IMG/VR virus record: IMGVR_UViG_3300005343_000007
Length of the DNA: 64,000 nt
DNA from: an uncultured virus (IMG/VR IMGVR_UViG_3300005343_000007)
Lineage: Duplodnaviria; Heunggongvirae; Uroviricota; Caudoviricetes
Reading direction: 5' to 3' (one strand)
Position numbers and translations under genes: made by a program. The number at the start of each line of letters is the position of its first letter. Within the stretch, counting starts at the first letter, position 1. The notes beneath the pieces were generated by a model. The model did no database searches. It worked only from the letters and a program-made list of their open reading frames with translations, and was not told where the DNA came from. Positions 36,501 through 45,095 of the stretch are shown in pieces.

Positions 36501-39500
36501 GCTTCTTGGGTTTCTCGCCCCTGGCAATCGCGGCCTCATAATCGGCTATCGCTTGCTCGTATCTAGCTTGGGCTTGGCTCTTTTTATAAGTTGCGGTGGC
36601 GGGATTGTAGTTTTCCGCCGCGTTCAAGGTTAGCATCCTGGCCTTGGCTTGCTCGGGTGCTGCGCCTTGGAATGACTCACCCACCGCATCTGGATTCTTG
36701 GGCGTGCCGGTGTCTGGGAAAGTTCTGATCGGCTCCCCGTTCGCCTTGTAGCCGTTGCGATGATTGCGCGCACGGGTTTGCACGTCCCTTAGAATCGCGG
36801 CGTCTAGTTCGGGGCCGGTCAATCCTTCGTATCCCGTAAGCAAGCCGTTCTCTTTCGCGGCATCCAGAACGTGACGGGTGTTGGACAGGAATTTATCCAC
36901 CGAATAGCCGAAGAGATTCGGCCTGCCATCGTTGGTCAGCTTGGTGAACAGGTAGAGGAAGCCCTTGTTTTTCTGCTCCGTGGCTTTGCCGACTCCCGCC
37001 GCCCTTTCCTCGGGCGTGGAGGCTTCGTATTCCTTCCGGCGCTGCTCGGCGGTGAAGTCTAAATCCCTGCCTTCCCCGACTACGCCCTCTTTCTCGGCGG
37101 AAAGATAATCGACATAGCCGATCTTGCCTTTGAGGTTTTGGAATTGCTGAACCTTGGAAATGGCCTCGGGGCTCAAGCCGCTTTCGGTGAGGATGGCTTG
37201 ATGGATGGGGTTCGATGGATCGACTTCCCCGATCACTTGCGTCTCGCCGTATGGGTCTGTGACACGACGCAATCCAGCGGCGTCCTCTGGAATGGCGTCC
37301 AGAAGGGCGTTTAGTCGGGCTTGGCGGGCTATTCTCGCCCTTCCAGTATCGGTGCGTGCTCTTTGGTACTCGGGACTCGCTACGGCCACTTGCTCTGCCT
37401 GCGCTGCAATATTTTGCACTTCTTCCGGCGTAGGAAGAATGGGAGAGTTCCGTCTAGTTTCTGGAGCCTGCGGACTAGCAAGAGTATCGAGTGGTGCTGC
37501 TTCAGGAGCGAGCGGTAGAGGAGTTTCCGCGCTTTTGATCGCAACATCGGTTTTCGTGAGTGGCCCTAACGCTTCCACGGCTGGCGTGACACTCGCCAAG
37601 GGTTGTGCCGTGGGAGCGGGAGTCGGTTCAATGGGCACGCCTTGCGCAAGCGGGACGGGAGCTTGCGTGGGGACTTTTTGGCTGGCACGTTGCGCAAGGG
37701 CGTTGGCTACCGCATCCGAGAGCGTATCCCCTTGTGCTTGCGCCGCCCAAAGATCGGCTTCCTTCTTGGGTATGCCAACGGCCTGCATCGCCTTGGAGAT
37801 GTCAGCCTGTGAAATTGACAAATTTGCTAATTTCGTCTCGGAAGGTGCTGGGGTTGAGGGGGTTACGGTTTCGGGAACCGGGGTTTCTGGCGCTTCCGCC
37901 CTTTCCACGCGTGGCAATTGCGAGACTTGGCGCAACGTCTCCCGCATCGCTTCCGTTACGCTGCCGATTTCGTCCTTGTTTAGATAGCTGGTCTGCTTTC
38001 CGACCTTGCGCGTGTCGATCCCAAGGAACTTGGCGGCGAATCTGCCTGCGCTTTGCTCTATCTTTTCCGCGAGGCTTTGTGGTAGCGCGAAATCCAATCC
38101 CTCGCCCGCGATGATTCTGCCCGATTGCTCGGCCAAGAATTCTTCCAGCGCCAGCGGATCGTCTGCTTTCAGAATTTCCGTTTGGCCGGATTTGTCGAAG
38201 TTCCGATTATAGGTTTCGATGAAGTTCCTAAACTCTTCGGTCGGCTTCCCGTCTTCGAAGAGTCCTTTCTTGGCTTCACTTAGCAACCCTTCGTGAATTG
38301 CCCCGCCTTTCGCTCCTGCCGCGTTGAGGATCGCGGAAACTACGTGTCCGCCTTCGTGTCCCATCGTATGCGCCAAATCCTCGGAGCCTTGGTGAATATC
38401 GGCATTGAGGATCGCGCGACCGTTCGAGTCAATGAAGTAGCCTCGGCCCCTCGGCCCGTCTCCACCTAGGGCATCTCGCGCGGCGTTATAGTCAGCTTCG
38501 CCCAGCGGGTAAAATTGTGAAACGCCCTCTTCGCCTTTGACTCCCTTGGTCTTGATTCCCTGTAAAACTCCCATCACTTCAAAGATTCGATCCTGCGCCT
38601 CAGGCGAAAGTGATTGAATGTAGGAAAGGGATTTCTTGCCTACCTCGGAGCTAGTATCAAGCGTTCTGCGTCCTTCATCTCGCCAGACGGGTCGGGATGC
38701 CTCAACTAGTATAGGACGATTGGATTTGAGCGCGGCAAAGGTTCCACCAAAAGCCGCTGCCCCCATCGTGGACTCCATGAACTCCTGCGGATCGCCTTCT
38801 GATAGGGCGGCATTCAAGGGCGCAAAGCCCACGGCGGTAGCAGCGCCCGTGGCGGCGGTGTTCCCAATCTTCATTCCCGCCAGCGCCCTTAGATCGGTTT
38901 CTCCGGCCAAGCGGCCAGCCGCTACGCGCGAGGTAAGTTCGCTGGGTGCCCCCGTTATCATTTCCTTGCCTTGGGCTTCCAGTGCTTGCCCGATCTTCTG
39001 TGCGCCCTTAAGCGTAAGTCCAACGGCAGCGGCTTTGGCCGCAAGTGGCAGATGGTTAATTAAATGCGGGGCTGCTTCAGCCAATCCAACGCCAGTTGCC
39101 GCACCGCCTGCTACTTTTGTAAAAAGTCCAGCGGAACCCGCTTTTCTACCAATTATCTCGGTCGCCTTTTCCAATCCCATCATGGGGACTTGCAAAGCTT
39201 TGCCGGTAAGGGTTGTTAGCGCCCCGCCTGCTTTGGCTGCCCCTGGCAACCCCGGCGCTGCCGCCAAGGCCAAATTCACAGGGTTCGCAAAGGTGCGTAC
39301 ATTCTCGACGGTCGAAAGATCGGCTGGCGCGGCCCCAACTTCCCTCAAAGCTTCGGGCGAGTATTCCTCGGTAAGATTCGACCCTTCCCCCGCCATATCA
39401 CCCAGCCCTTTATATAGGGTGTTCACCACCCCGCTATCTACGGGCCTGCCTTGCGATAGGCTAAGATTGGTTCGAGCATTTTCCACCCTGCGCTGAAAAT

Positions 39501-40101
39501 CACGTCGCGCGGCAGCATCCTGAATCCGCTTCACTTCGGCCTGATCTATTTTTCCAGATCCTCCCGCCAAGGCATTGAGTTGCGCTTCTTCCTCCAATCC
39601 GCGCAACGCCGATTCGTCTTGCATTGCGCCTGAAGCCTTCCCTGCGGTGGCCTCCAATAGCTCGCGGGTATCCTGTTCCGCCCCTTGTGCGGCCAAGGCG
39701 ACTTCTCCGCGCTTGGTGGCTAAATCTGGATTTCCCGTGGCTCCATAATATCCCTGCTGGACGATGTTCGCTCCAAGGCTCGGCAGCCCCTTGATGAATC
39801 TCCAGACCCCTCCCAACGCGTGCCCGGTGGCGTCAATCGGGTGCATCGCGGCTACCTTCTCAGAGAAGGGGCGGTTCTTTAGTGATTGGTCTACATTGAA
39901 AGCGTATTCGTACTCCTCATCTCCGGGCTCAAATTGCGCGGCGTGAAGCTCGGGATTGAAGCTTTGATCCTTGGCGGCTTCCGAGACGCTCAGAGGCTTT
40001 GGGGTAGCATTACCCTCCATCGCCAGCAGGGCATCAAACGCATCGGTTTTCTTTACCGTTCCGCCCTCCATTTCCAACAAGGCATCAAATGCGTCGGGCA
40101 T
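33565..40101 (-). CDS. Large polyvalent internal-virion/ejection protein (zincin-like peptidase, ART-like domain, LPD-type C-terminal region)
   Basis: HTMGHEGGH...EEFLAE; FKEWFGDSK..YHGT..GFHFG..KNPL..GYDGIIYEN..QIKS..PDIRF; SSHWDEPNVLAHIR..IEEIQSDWHQ. Confidence 0.75.
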   Translation of the reverse strand: MPDAFDALLEMEGGTVKKTDAFDALLAMEGNATPKPLSVSEAAKDQSFNPELHAAQFEPGDEEYEYAFNVDQSLKNRPFSEKVAAMHPIDATGHALGGVWRFIKGLPSLGANIVQQGYYGATGNPDLATKRGEVALAAQGAEQDTRELLEATAGKASGAMQDESALRGLEEEAQLNALAGGSGKIDQAEVKRIQDAAARRDFQRRVENARTNLSLSQGRPVDSGVVNTLYKGLGDMAGEGSNLTEEYSPEALREVGAAPADLSTVENVRTFANPVNLALAAAPGLPGAAKAGGALTTLTGKALQVPMMGLEKATEIIGRKAGSAGLFTKVAGGAATGVGLAEAAPHLINHLPLAAKAAAVGLTLKGAQKIGQALEAQGKEMITGAPSELTSRVAAGRLAGETDLRALAGMKIGNTAATGAATAVGFAPLNAALSEGDPQEFMESTMGAAAFGGTFAALKSNRPILVEASRPVWRDEGRRTLDTSSEVGKKSLSYIQSLSPEAQDRIFEVMGVLQGIKTKGVKGEEGVSQFYPLGEADYNAARDALGGDGPRGRGYFIDSNGRAILNADIHQGSEDLAHTMGHEGGHVVSAILNAAGAKGGAIHEGLLSEAKKGLFEDGKPTEEFRNFIETYNRNFDKSGQTEILKADDPLALEEFLAEQSGRIIAGEGLDFALPQSLAEKIEQSAGRFAAKFLGIDTRKVGKQTSYLNKDEIGSVTEAMRETLRQVSQLPRVERAEAPETPVPETVTPSTPAPSETKLANLSISQADISKAMQAVGIPKKEADLWAAQAQGDTLSDAVANALAQRASQKVPTQAPVPLAQGVPIEPTPAPTAQPLASVTPAVEALGPLTKTDVAIKSAETPLPLAPEAAPLDTLASPQAPETRRNSPILPTPEEVQNIAAQAEQVAVASPEYQRARTDTGRARIARQARLNALLDAIPEDAAGLRRVTDPYGETQVIGEVDPSNPIHQAILTESGLSPEAISKVQQFQNLKGKIGYVDYLSAEKEGVVGEGRDLDFTAEQRRKEYEASTPEERAAGVGKATEQKNKGFLYLFTKLTNDGRPNLFGYSVDKFLSNTRHVLDAAKENGLLTGYEGLTGPELDAAILRDVQTRARNHRNGYKANGEPIRTFPDTGTPKNPDAVGESFQGAAPEQAKARMLTLNAAENYNPATATYKKSQAQARYEQAIADYEAAIARGEKPKKPRKPSELTEKARAQEQEAQALAGENEGYVNPETGETNPLRDALVKNGFEPENVLEPVIEQLRPDLITEIRSDPNEADITVRPSGFDVNRGEIVSEGTPNAKFTAAGFLPEEAGATNSKEFKEWFGDSKIVDKKGDPLIVYHGTPNKFNAFNNRFVRDSLGFHFGLTKRQASGRLGRRKEKGGVMEVYVSVKNPLELKDRGGWTRDVVIREINDKTGLNIPENLSEKYNSPKRDQIIVDALKSKGYDGIIYENVGEGKEGDRAVIAFDPTQIKSATENTGAFDPTNPDIRFLPEETDKLGFYSGLGKIVKEKIPNRASADQIAGSLGEYIVEKVTKDENGKDKVQTLGKFSLLNKDGADALASKEGGRVKFQGKQEGIREEEIDMLGLAEFLKTKDGPVTKQELQDFVKAGGVQLVEVAKGMDIRKKATKDFQDIADKFREKEFRLGVGKSWDDITVTDPYTGKPADIPKELEQYIPKAKELSGIVTGESGSGKVEPPKFSQYQLPGGTNYKEVLLTLPSRPMSFDQFKAEKAKEGITNEETLRQWHRAYSPKEGFKSSHWDEPNVLAHIRQADHVDTQGRKVRLIEEIQSDWHQKGRKEGYASDGIPDGYKIEKLTDDHFVLKNERGEVESNYFPIESHRGSDEYAKRFFERDYKEKGVPDAPFKKTWAELAFKRALRQAVEDGAEVIAWTPGEKQAERYDLSKVYETIDAENLGDGKYVIEARGKGGEYFKETYAAEKLPDVLGKELAEKIINRPPRPTKEQILDAKEEYDEARKKWRDDGSNESEIAFKEARRKFNDLLAEDTSVQSFSGVDLKVGGEGMKGFYDKILPDFVRKYVKKWGGKVEEGNVMQAKGSPEKFVVRDRFGVAGPQYNTRAEAESRLKSSLEYYGGDIVEQPRERDISTSVWSVTITPEMREAVMQGQPMFLPEGKGEAPAINPPKPPVERLRLPVAPLSGLRRDDVAKEEKGPLAGLSLAR
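37812..37833. repeat. 22-bp palindromic site 20 (intragenic)
   Basis: AAATTGACAAATTTGCTAATTT; read as KLANLSI inside the 2178-aa gene. Confidence 0.9.
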
Positions 40102-40106
40102 TGTCT

Positions 40107-42287
40107 TTATTGGATAAGACCGTACTTGCGCAACCGTGCCTCAACGGCAGCTTTCCGAGACGGGTCGGAATCATAGGCACCAGCTTCATATTCCTTTTTA
40201 ACTTCGGCCACTTGCTTTAGGAAAACCGCGCTAGGAGAAGCTGATTGGGTGGCTGCCGCTGTTGTAGGTCCGCCCGATTTGGGTTGAATAGATTTTGGCA
40301 AGATGCCCCGCAATTCTTCAATCGCGCGCTCGCGTGCCACCCTTTTCTGTTCAAGGATTTCCTTGCTGTCTCCAGCCATCGGAATCCAAGTAGCATTCGC
40401 AATCGCCTCTTCGTTTGCTGTGATGGTAGCGCCTGAGTCCTTACGCAGAATGGCAGAGGTAAACTCTAATGCGGCCTGCCTGAATTTCTGTGCCTCTGGC
40501 GTGGAAAAATAGTTAGTCACCGGATTTTTCGAGGCAGCTACGCGGGCGGCATTCTGCGGGGTGGTTGGATCGAATGATTTGAGCACTTGCTCAAGATTCT
40601 GATTCGCGCCCTCTGATCTGCCTAAGTAAATTTGCGTCTTGCCCTGATCTTGCGTTGGATTTCTGGTGGCTATTTCCGCCAGCGCCTCCCTCTTTTGCTC
40701 TGGCGTCATGTTCGCGTAATCCGCACCCGTCAAGGCCAGCTTCTCGTCTACCTTTTCCGCAATCTGATCGCCGCCATGCGCAGGCGCGTCTCCGGGCCGG
40801 GTGTAAACCGTGCTTCCGGTCGCGGGGTCGAATCCCTCCAAGACGGTACTACCGTCCGCTTTCTTGATTTCGCGCACCATCGGCGTTGCTGGTTTCGGTG
40901 GGGAAATATCCTTGGCGATGCCCTTTCCCTTGAGCCCCGGCAGAAAGGCCGTGGCTTCCGTTGGACTCGGGGAATAGATCATCGCGCCCGTGCGCGAATC
41001 GTGCCCCATGTTTCCGATGGGTCTGCGCACAGGTAATGTCGTGTCGAATTGAGGGTTCTCCAACGGCGCTGCGGGCATGGTCGTTACGGTTCGTGCGGCC
41101 ACGGCGGGAGCCACCCCTGCGAGCGGCGCGGCGCGCATCACGGGCGCGTCTGCCTGAAATGGAACCATCGTCAAATCGGGCGCGTCGGGCTTGTATGGGG
41201 CCACTAGGTTCCCGTTTTCGTCGTACACGGAACGCGCTAGGGCCGAATTGTAGGCGTTTTGATCCAATCCGGCTACCGCAGTACCAAAATCCGCCAGAGG
41301 GGCCACGGCGGGCGTTATAGAGACATTGGCGGGCATTCCTGCGCCATTCGTGGAGGCGGTCAGACTCTCGGATGGAATGTTGATGATTCGCCCGTCATCC
41401 ATCGGGATTTGAACCTCGTTTAGCGGCCCCTCGATATTTTGGGCCGTTGGGACCACGATGTTATTTGTGGATGGGGTGGTCGGAATGATCCGATAACGCA
41501 ACCCTTCGATTGATCCCCGTGGGTGATCTGGTCCGCCAAGTTCCCTCAGGAGCGGGCCGGTAAGATCAACTTTTCCCGGCGTTCCGAGTTTATCCACAAT
41601 CGGAACGCGCATGGTCTTTCCGTTCGCACTCACTTCCACCAAAGCTTTCGGGTCATCGGGATTAAGTCCCGCCGCTTTCATTTCGGCGGGACTAAGTGCC
41701 ACCCCCATTAGTTCTGGGTCTTTGATGTTGTGGCCGTAAGCTCCCTTATTCCGATCAAATCCGGGGATGCCTTTGGCGGCGTCAATCGGATCTTGTGGAT
41801 CGTCCATGAACCCGCCCTTGCCATCGCGTACAAGCCCGAATTGCGTTCCCTGCGTCTCACGCCATTCGCCGTCACCAACAGCCAAGCCTCCCGAAACTCC
41901 ACCCGTGGGCAATTCTGGTTCTACAGCGGGAATAATGGCAGGCGAAACCGGCGTATCTTTCGTCCACGCGTTCTCTAGCGCCTGCCTCGTAGCCTCGGCG
42001 GCGTTGGGTTGATTCTCCTTGGCGGTAGCGGCTTGGATTTGCTGCTCGCGAATCCGCAATGCCTCTTTCTTTAGCGCCAATTCATCTTGCGCCGATTTGC
42101 TCTTTTGATATGCGCCAATCCCCGAGCCAATTCCCGCCGCAATCGCCCCCATCATGTGCGCCCGTGCGGCTGCGCGCAAATCAGGCGTGATCGCGGGAGG
42201 GGTGGTGCTAATGTCTCCCGCTAGCCCCCATTGGATTTGTGGGACCGCAATGGAGTAATCGCGGGGAAGTAGGCCAAGTTCGGGCAT
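40107..42287 (-). CDS. Internal virion/ejection protein with putative RlpA-like (DPBB) domain
   Basis: GVALSP...VEVSANGKTMRVPIVDKLG..GKVDLT; C-terminal LRKDSGATI. Confidence 0.55.
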   Translation of the reverse strand: MPELGLLPRDYSIAVPQIQWGLAGDISTTPPAITPDLRAAARAHMMGAIAAGIGSGIGAYQKSKSAQDELALKKEALRIREQQIQAATAKENQPNAAEATRQALENAWTKDTPVSPAIIPAVEPELPTGGVSGGLAVGDGEWRETQGTQFGLVRDGKGGFMDDPQDPIDAAKGIPGFDRNKGAYGHNIKDPELMGVALSPAEMKAAGLNPDDPKALVEVSANGKTMRVPIVDKLGTPGKVDLTGPLLRELGGPDHPRGSIEGLRYRIIPTTPSTNNIVVPTAQNIEGPLNEVQIPMDDGRIINIPSESLTASTNGAGMPANVSITPAVAPLADFGTAVAGLDQNAYNSALARSVYDENGNLVAPYKPDAPDLTMVPFQADAPVMRAAPLAGVAPAVAARTVTTMPAAPLENPQFDTTLPVRRPIGNMGHDSRTGAMIYSPSPTEATAFLPGLKGKGIAKDISPPKPATPMVREIKKADGSTVLEGFDPATGSTVYTRPGDAPAHGGDQIAEKVDEKLALTGADYANMTPEQKREALAEIATRNPTQDQGKTQIYLGRSEGANQNLEQVLKSFDPTTPQNAARVAASKNPVTNYFSTPEAQKFRQAALEFTSAILRKDSGATITANEEAIANATWIPMAGDSKEILEQKRVARERAIEELRGILPKSIQPKSGGPTTAAATQSASPSAVFLKQVAEVKKEYEAGAYDSDPSRKAAVEARLRKYGLIQ

Positions 42288-42292
42288 GGAAT

Positions 42293-42634
42293 TTAGGCTC
42301 TGGTTTTCTTGTGAATCGCCTTATGATCGTCTCTTGAAAGCACGAGCATATGATCGGTGTTTACGCACCTTCGATTTAAGCAAGTGTGATGAATTTCCAT
42401 TCCCTTTGCGATTGGCTGGATAGTAGCCTCATACACCACCCGATGCGCGAGTTTATTTTTCTTTCCCGCTGAAACTTGCCCGTATCCGTTTCGCAAGATA
42501 GCACCACTAAATTCCCAGCATCCACAAATCCCATTGGGAAACCTGCAATTAAATAAAACCCTTACAACTGGCAGACAGTTTCTCGTGAGGCTGCGGATGT
42601 GGGATTTTCTATCCATACGGGGTGATATGGGCAA
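42293..42634 (-). CDS. HNH endonuclease
   Basis: CWEF..GYG..LAHRVVY..IHHTCLNRRCVNTDH. Confidence 0.85.
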   Translation of the reverse strand: MPISPRMDRKSHIRSLTRNCLPVVRVLFNCRFPNGICGCWEFSGAILRNGYGQVSAGKKNKLAHRVVYEATIQPIAKGMEIHHTCLNRRCVNTDHMLVLSRDDHKAIHKKTRA

Positions 42635-42977
42635 ACTGAATCGGCGGGGGCGCGTAACGCAAGGGGGTTGCCAGAGTTACCTCGGGCGGTCCTGAAGCCT
42701 GCGGGGTTCGCGGCGCACTTGATGCCACCGCGCCACCAAGCCCTTGACCTAGCTGCCCAATAATGCTGCCGATGCCGCCCGCTGTCTTCTTCGTTTGCGC
42801 GCTCACCGTGCCGGAGGGAACGCCGGATTGCTGTTCAGCGGAAAGCCCCGGCGAAACGCCAAGTCCCTGATTCACGGGAGAGGCAATGGCCTGCGCTTGG
42901 TACACTGGCACGTTGGCGTAGGTGTACGCGTAGGGCGTGGCAAGTTGCGGGGAGTATTGGGTGCCAGCGGTGAACAT
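42609..42977 (-). CDS. Small Gly/Ala/Pro-rich probable virion protein
   Basis: MFTAGTQYSP...; composition and position. Confidence 0.5.
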   Translation of the reverse strand: MFTAGTQYSPQLATPYAYTYANVPVYQAQAIASPVNQGLGVSPGLSAEQQSGVPSGTVSAQTKKTAGGIGSIIGQLGQGLGGAVASSAPRTPQASGPPEVTLATPLRYAPPPIQFAHITPYG

Positions 42978-42981
42978 GGAA

Positions 42982-43003
42982 TAATTGACAAATTTGCTAA
43001 TTT
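42982..43003. repeat. 22-bp palindromic site 21
   Basis: TAATTGACAAATTTGCTAATTT. Confidence 0.95.
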
Positions 43004-43854
43004 CACGCCGTAACTGCCTCAGAATCAACGGTTGAGGGTGCTTTGGGCGTGCAATAGGCGGGCTTGGTGTTGTCGCGGTAGTCGATTCGCTCCGAGGTGT
43101 TCCAGATACTTGCCTTGATCTTCGGGCAGTAAACCACTCGGCCCCTTTGGCGAATATCTACGCAGGCGGTGCAGGCATGGAAGTATTCCGAGTTGTTGCG
43201 CTTGTCCTCCAATTCGGTGCGGGTGAAAGGGTTGTACCGATCCAGTTGAATCTCCAGACCCTTAGCCTCTATATAATCCCAAACGTCTTTATCCGTCCAT
43301 CCGCGCAAAGGGAAAGCCAGGGTGATTCCGATTTCCGTTTCGGTGAAGTTATCCGAAATGGGATTCGCGCCGAAATTGTAATCCTCGTCGCTTTCCTTGT
43401 GGCCGTGAATAATCATATCCCACGGGTAATTGAAGAAGCCTGTGGGGCGCGCAAGGATGTCGTCACGGGCGCAAAGGAAATCCTCTCCCTCTGGTTCCAA
43501 GATATTCTTCGGCTTGCTCATGCACGCAATCCGACCATCGGAAAAGCGGCCAATCTGTTGATGGTTCACAAAGGCCAAGCCGTTCAGCCCTAGGTGCATC
43601 GAGATATGCGTGGGGGGCCAATCGTAGGCTGTAAGACCGTGGCGCGCGATCTGCCGAAGCCCGAATTGGTATTTGTGGACGCTGAACGGCTCGCGGTGGA
43701 ACACCACGGGAAGCTTCAATCCCATCTCTAAAAGTAGATGCAGGATCACCGATGAATCCTTGCCTCCAGAGTAGTAGAAAACGGGATTCTCGGCGCGGTC
43801 TACCGCCTCTTTAATGATCGCCCTGGCGTTCTCTTCGTGGGGATTAGTTTTCAC
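43003..43854 (-). CDS. PAPS-reductase/PP-loop family protein
   Basis: YSGGKDS...FPLRGWTDKDVWDYI...CTAC. Confidence 0.8.
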   Translation of the reverse strand: MKTNPHEENARAIIKEAVDRAENPVFYYSGGKDSSVILHLLLEMGLKLPVVFHREPFSVHKYQFGLRQIARHGLTAYDWPPTHISMHLGLNGLAFVNHQQIGRFSDGRIACMSKPKNILEPEGEDFLCARDDILARPTGFFNYPWDMIIHGHKESDEDYNFGANPISDNFTETEIGITLAFPLRGWTDKDVWDYIEAKGLEIQLDRYNPFTRTELEDKRNNSEYFHACTACVDIRQRGRVVYCPKIKASIWNTSERIDYRDNTKPAYCTPKAPSTVDSEAVTA

Positions 43855-44026
43855 AGAAGGTAGCGAAGACGTTTCCGACTTCCCGCGTTAGATCACAGTC
43901 TGAAAAGAAGATCATCCGCGCCCGCAATTGCATCTGTAGCGGGCAGTCGAAAACATCCACCGTCATTGCGCAAACCTGCTCATGGCATACGAATAATTGC
44001 GGTGCCTGCTTCATGGTAGTTTTCAA
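43844..44026 (-). CDS. Small hypothetical protein
   Basis: 60 aa overlapping both neighbours. Confidence 0.4.
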   Translation of the reverse strand: MKTTMKQAPQLFVCHEQVCAMTVDVFDCPLQMQLRARMIFFSDCDLTREVGNVFATFCEN

Positions 44027-44715
44027 TACGCCGCCGCGACGGTTCCGATCACACTTGCAACCGTGGAAATGATTTGTCCCGTGGAGTCTGCTTCCGCCTG
44101 CGCGCTCGCGTTTCCCGCAGCTGTACCCGCCGAGTTATTTTGTGCTTCATTCCGCCAGTTTAACTCTTGAAGTTGTATTTGTGAATTATAGTCCGCGAGT
44201 TCGTGATTCTCGCGTCCCGCCCAATCCGCGAGCCCGAGTTGGGTATACACGTCACCCCCAAAGCCAAAGGTGCGCCGGGGAAAGATCGTCTCGGCTTGGC
44301 TGAGTGATTGCGCGCGGTTCGCTCGGTTGCGGTCCTGAAAGCCCATGATGCCAAGGCCCAATTGCCGCGCCACAGATGCCTCTCCTGCCCCTCCTGGCGT
44401 CAAAGTGGGGGCAGTATCCCCGAAAGCCGATCCAGCGCCTTGTAGGCCCGCCCGCGTCAATTCTGCCTGAATCTGTGGGGATAGGGTGGAATCGCCTTGC
44501 TGGTCTTTTAGGACTTGGTTCTGGAATAGCCTTTCGGCCTGCACAATCGGGCGATGGCGCTGCCGGAAGTCCTGATCGCTGCGCTGGTAGGCTTCCTCGT
44601 CAAGATGGATGCTGTTCCGCAGTAGGTCGAAGATCGGAATAGGGGTGTATTCCGGGAATTCCTGATTCGGTTGAAAGGGTGGATTTCTAGGGGAGCTTCC
44701 CCCGCCGCCGGTCAT
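44023..44715 (-). CDS. Probable internal virion (ejection) protein
   Basis: MTGGGGSS start, Q/N/A-rich, hydrophobic Ala-rich C-terminus. Confidence 0.55.
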   Translation of the reverse strand: MTGGGGSSPRNPPFQPNQEFPEYTPIPIFDLLRNSIHLDEEAYQRSDQDFRQRHRPIVQAERLFQNQVLKDQQGDSTLSPQIQAELTRAGLQGAGSAFGDTAPTLTPGGAGEASVARQLGLGIMGFQDRNRANRAQSLSQAETIFPRRTFGFGGDVYTQLGLADWAGRENHELADYNSQIQLQELNWRNEAQNNSAGTAAGNASAQAEADSTGQIISTVASVIGTVAAAY

Positions 44716-45083
44716 AAGGTGTAAAGTAAGAGGTTAGTGGGCGTGAAGCCGAGCTTTTGCATAACTTCGGGCGTGAAGGTGGGGGAGTCTTTGGGCACCA
44801 CGGCAGCGGGGTTACCGCATAGGTTAGCACGTCGCTTAACCATTTCTATGATTTCCTTTGTCTCGCGCGGGGAGCACTCATGGGACAAGGCAGGCCAAAT
44901 CAGGACGGGGTTGGCGATGTAGAAATAACCCTTGGGCTGCCCGTCCTTCGTTACCATGAAAAGCGGCCACGGGGATTCGGTAATTTCGTGATCGAAGCTT
45001 TGGGCAAAAGCCTGCGCCTCTTTCATTTCTTCCTCCGTGGTTACTTCCTCGATGTGTAGACCGGGGTTCACGTTAATTGACAA
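44712..45083 (-). CDS. GNAT-like small protein
   Basis: FMVTKDGQPKGY...MQKLGF; position typical of the podoviral acetyltransferase-like gene. Confidence 0.45.
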   Translation of the reverse strand: MSINVNPGLHIEEVTTEEEMKEAQAFAQSFDHEITESPWPLFMVTKDGQPKGYFYIANPVLIWPALSHECSPRETKEIIEMVKRRANLCGNPAAVVPKDSPTFTPEVMQKLGFTPTNLLLYTL

Positions 45084-45095
45084 ATTTGCTAATTA
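45074..45095. repeat. 22-bp palindromic site 22
   Basis: TAATTGACAAATTTGCTAATTA. Confidence 0.95.
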
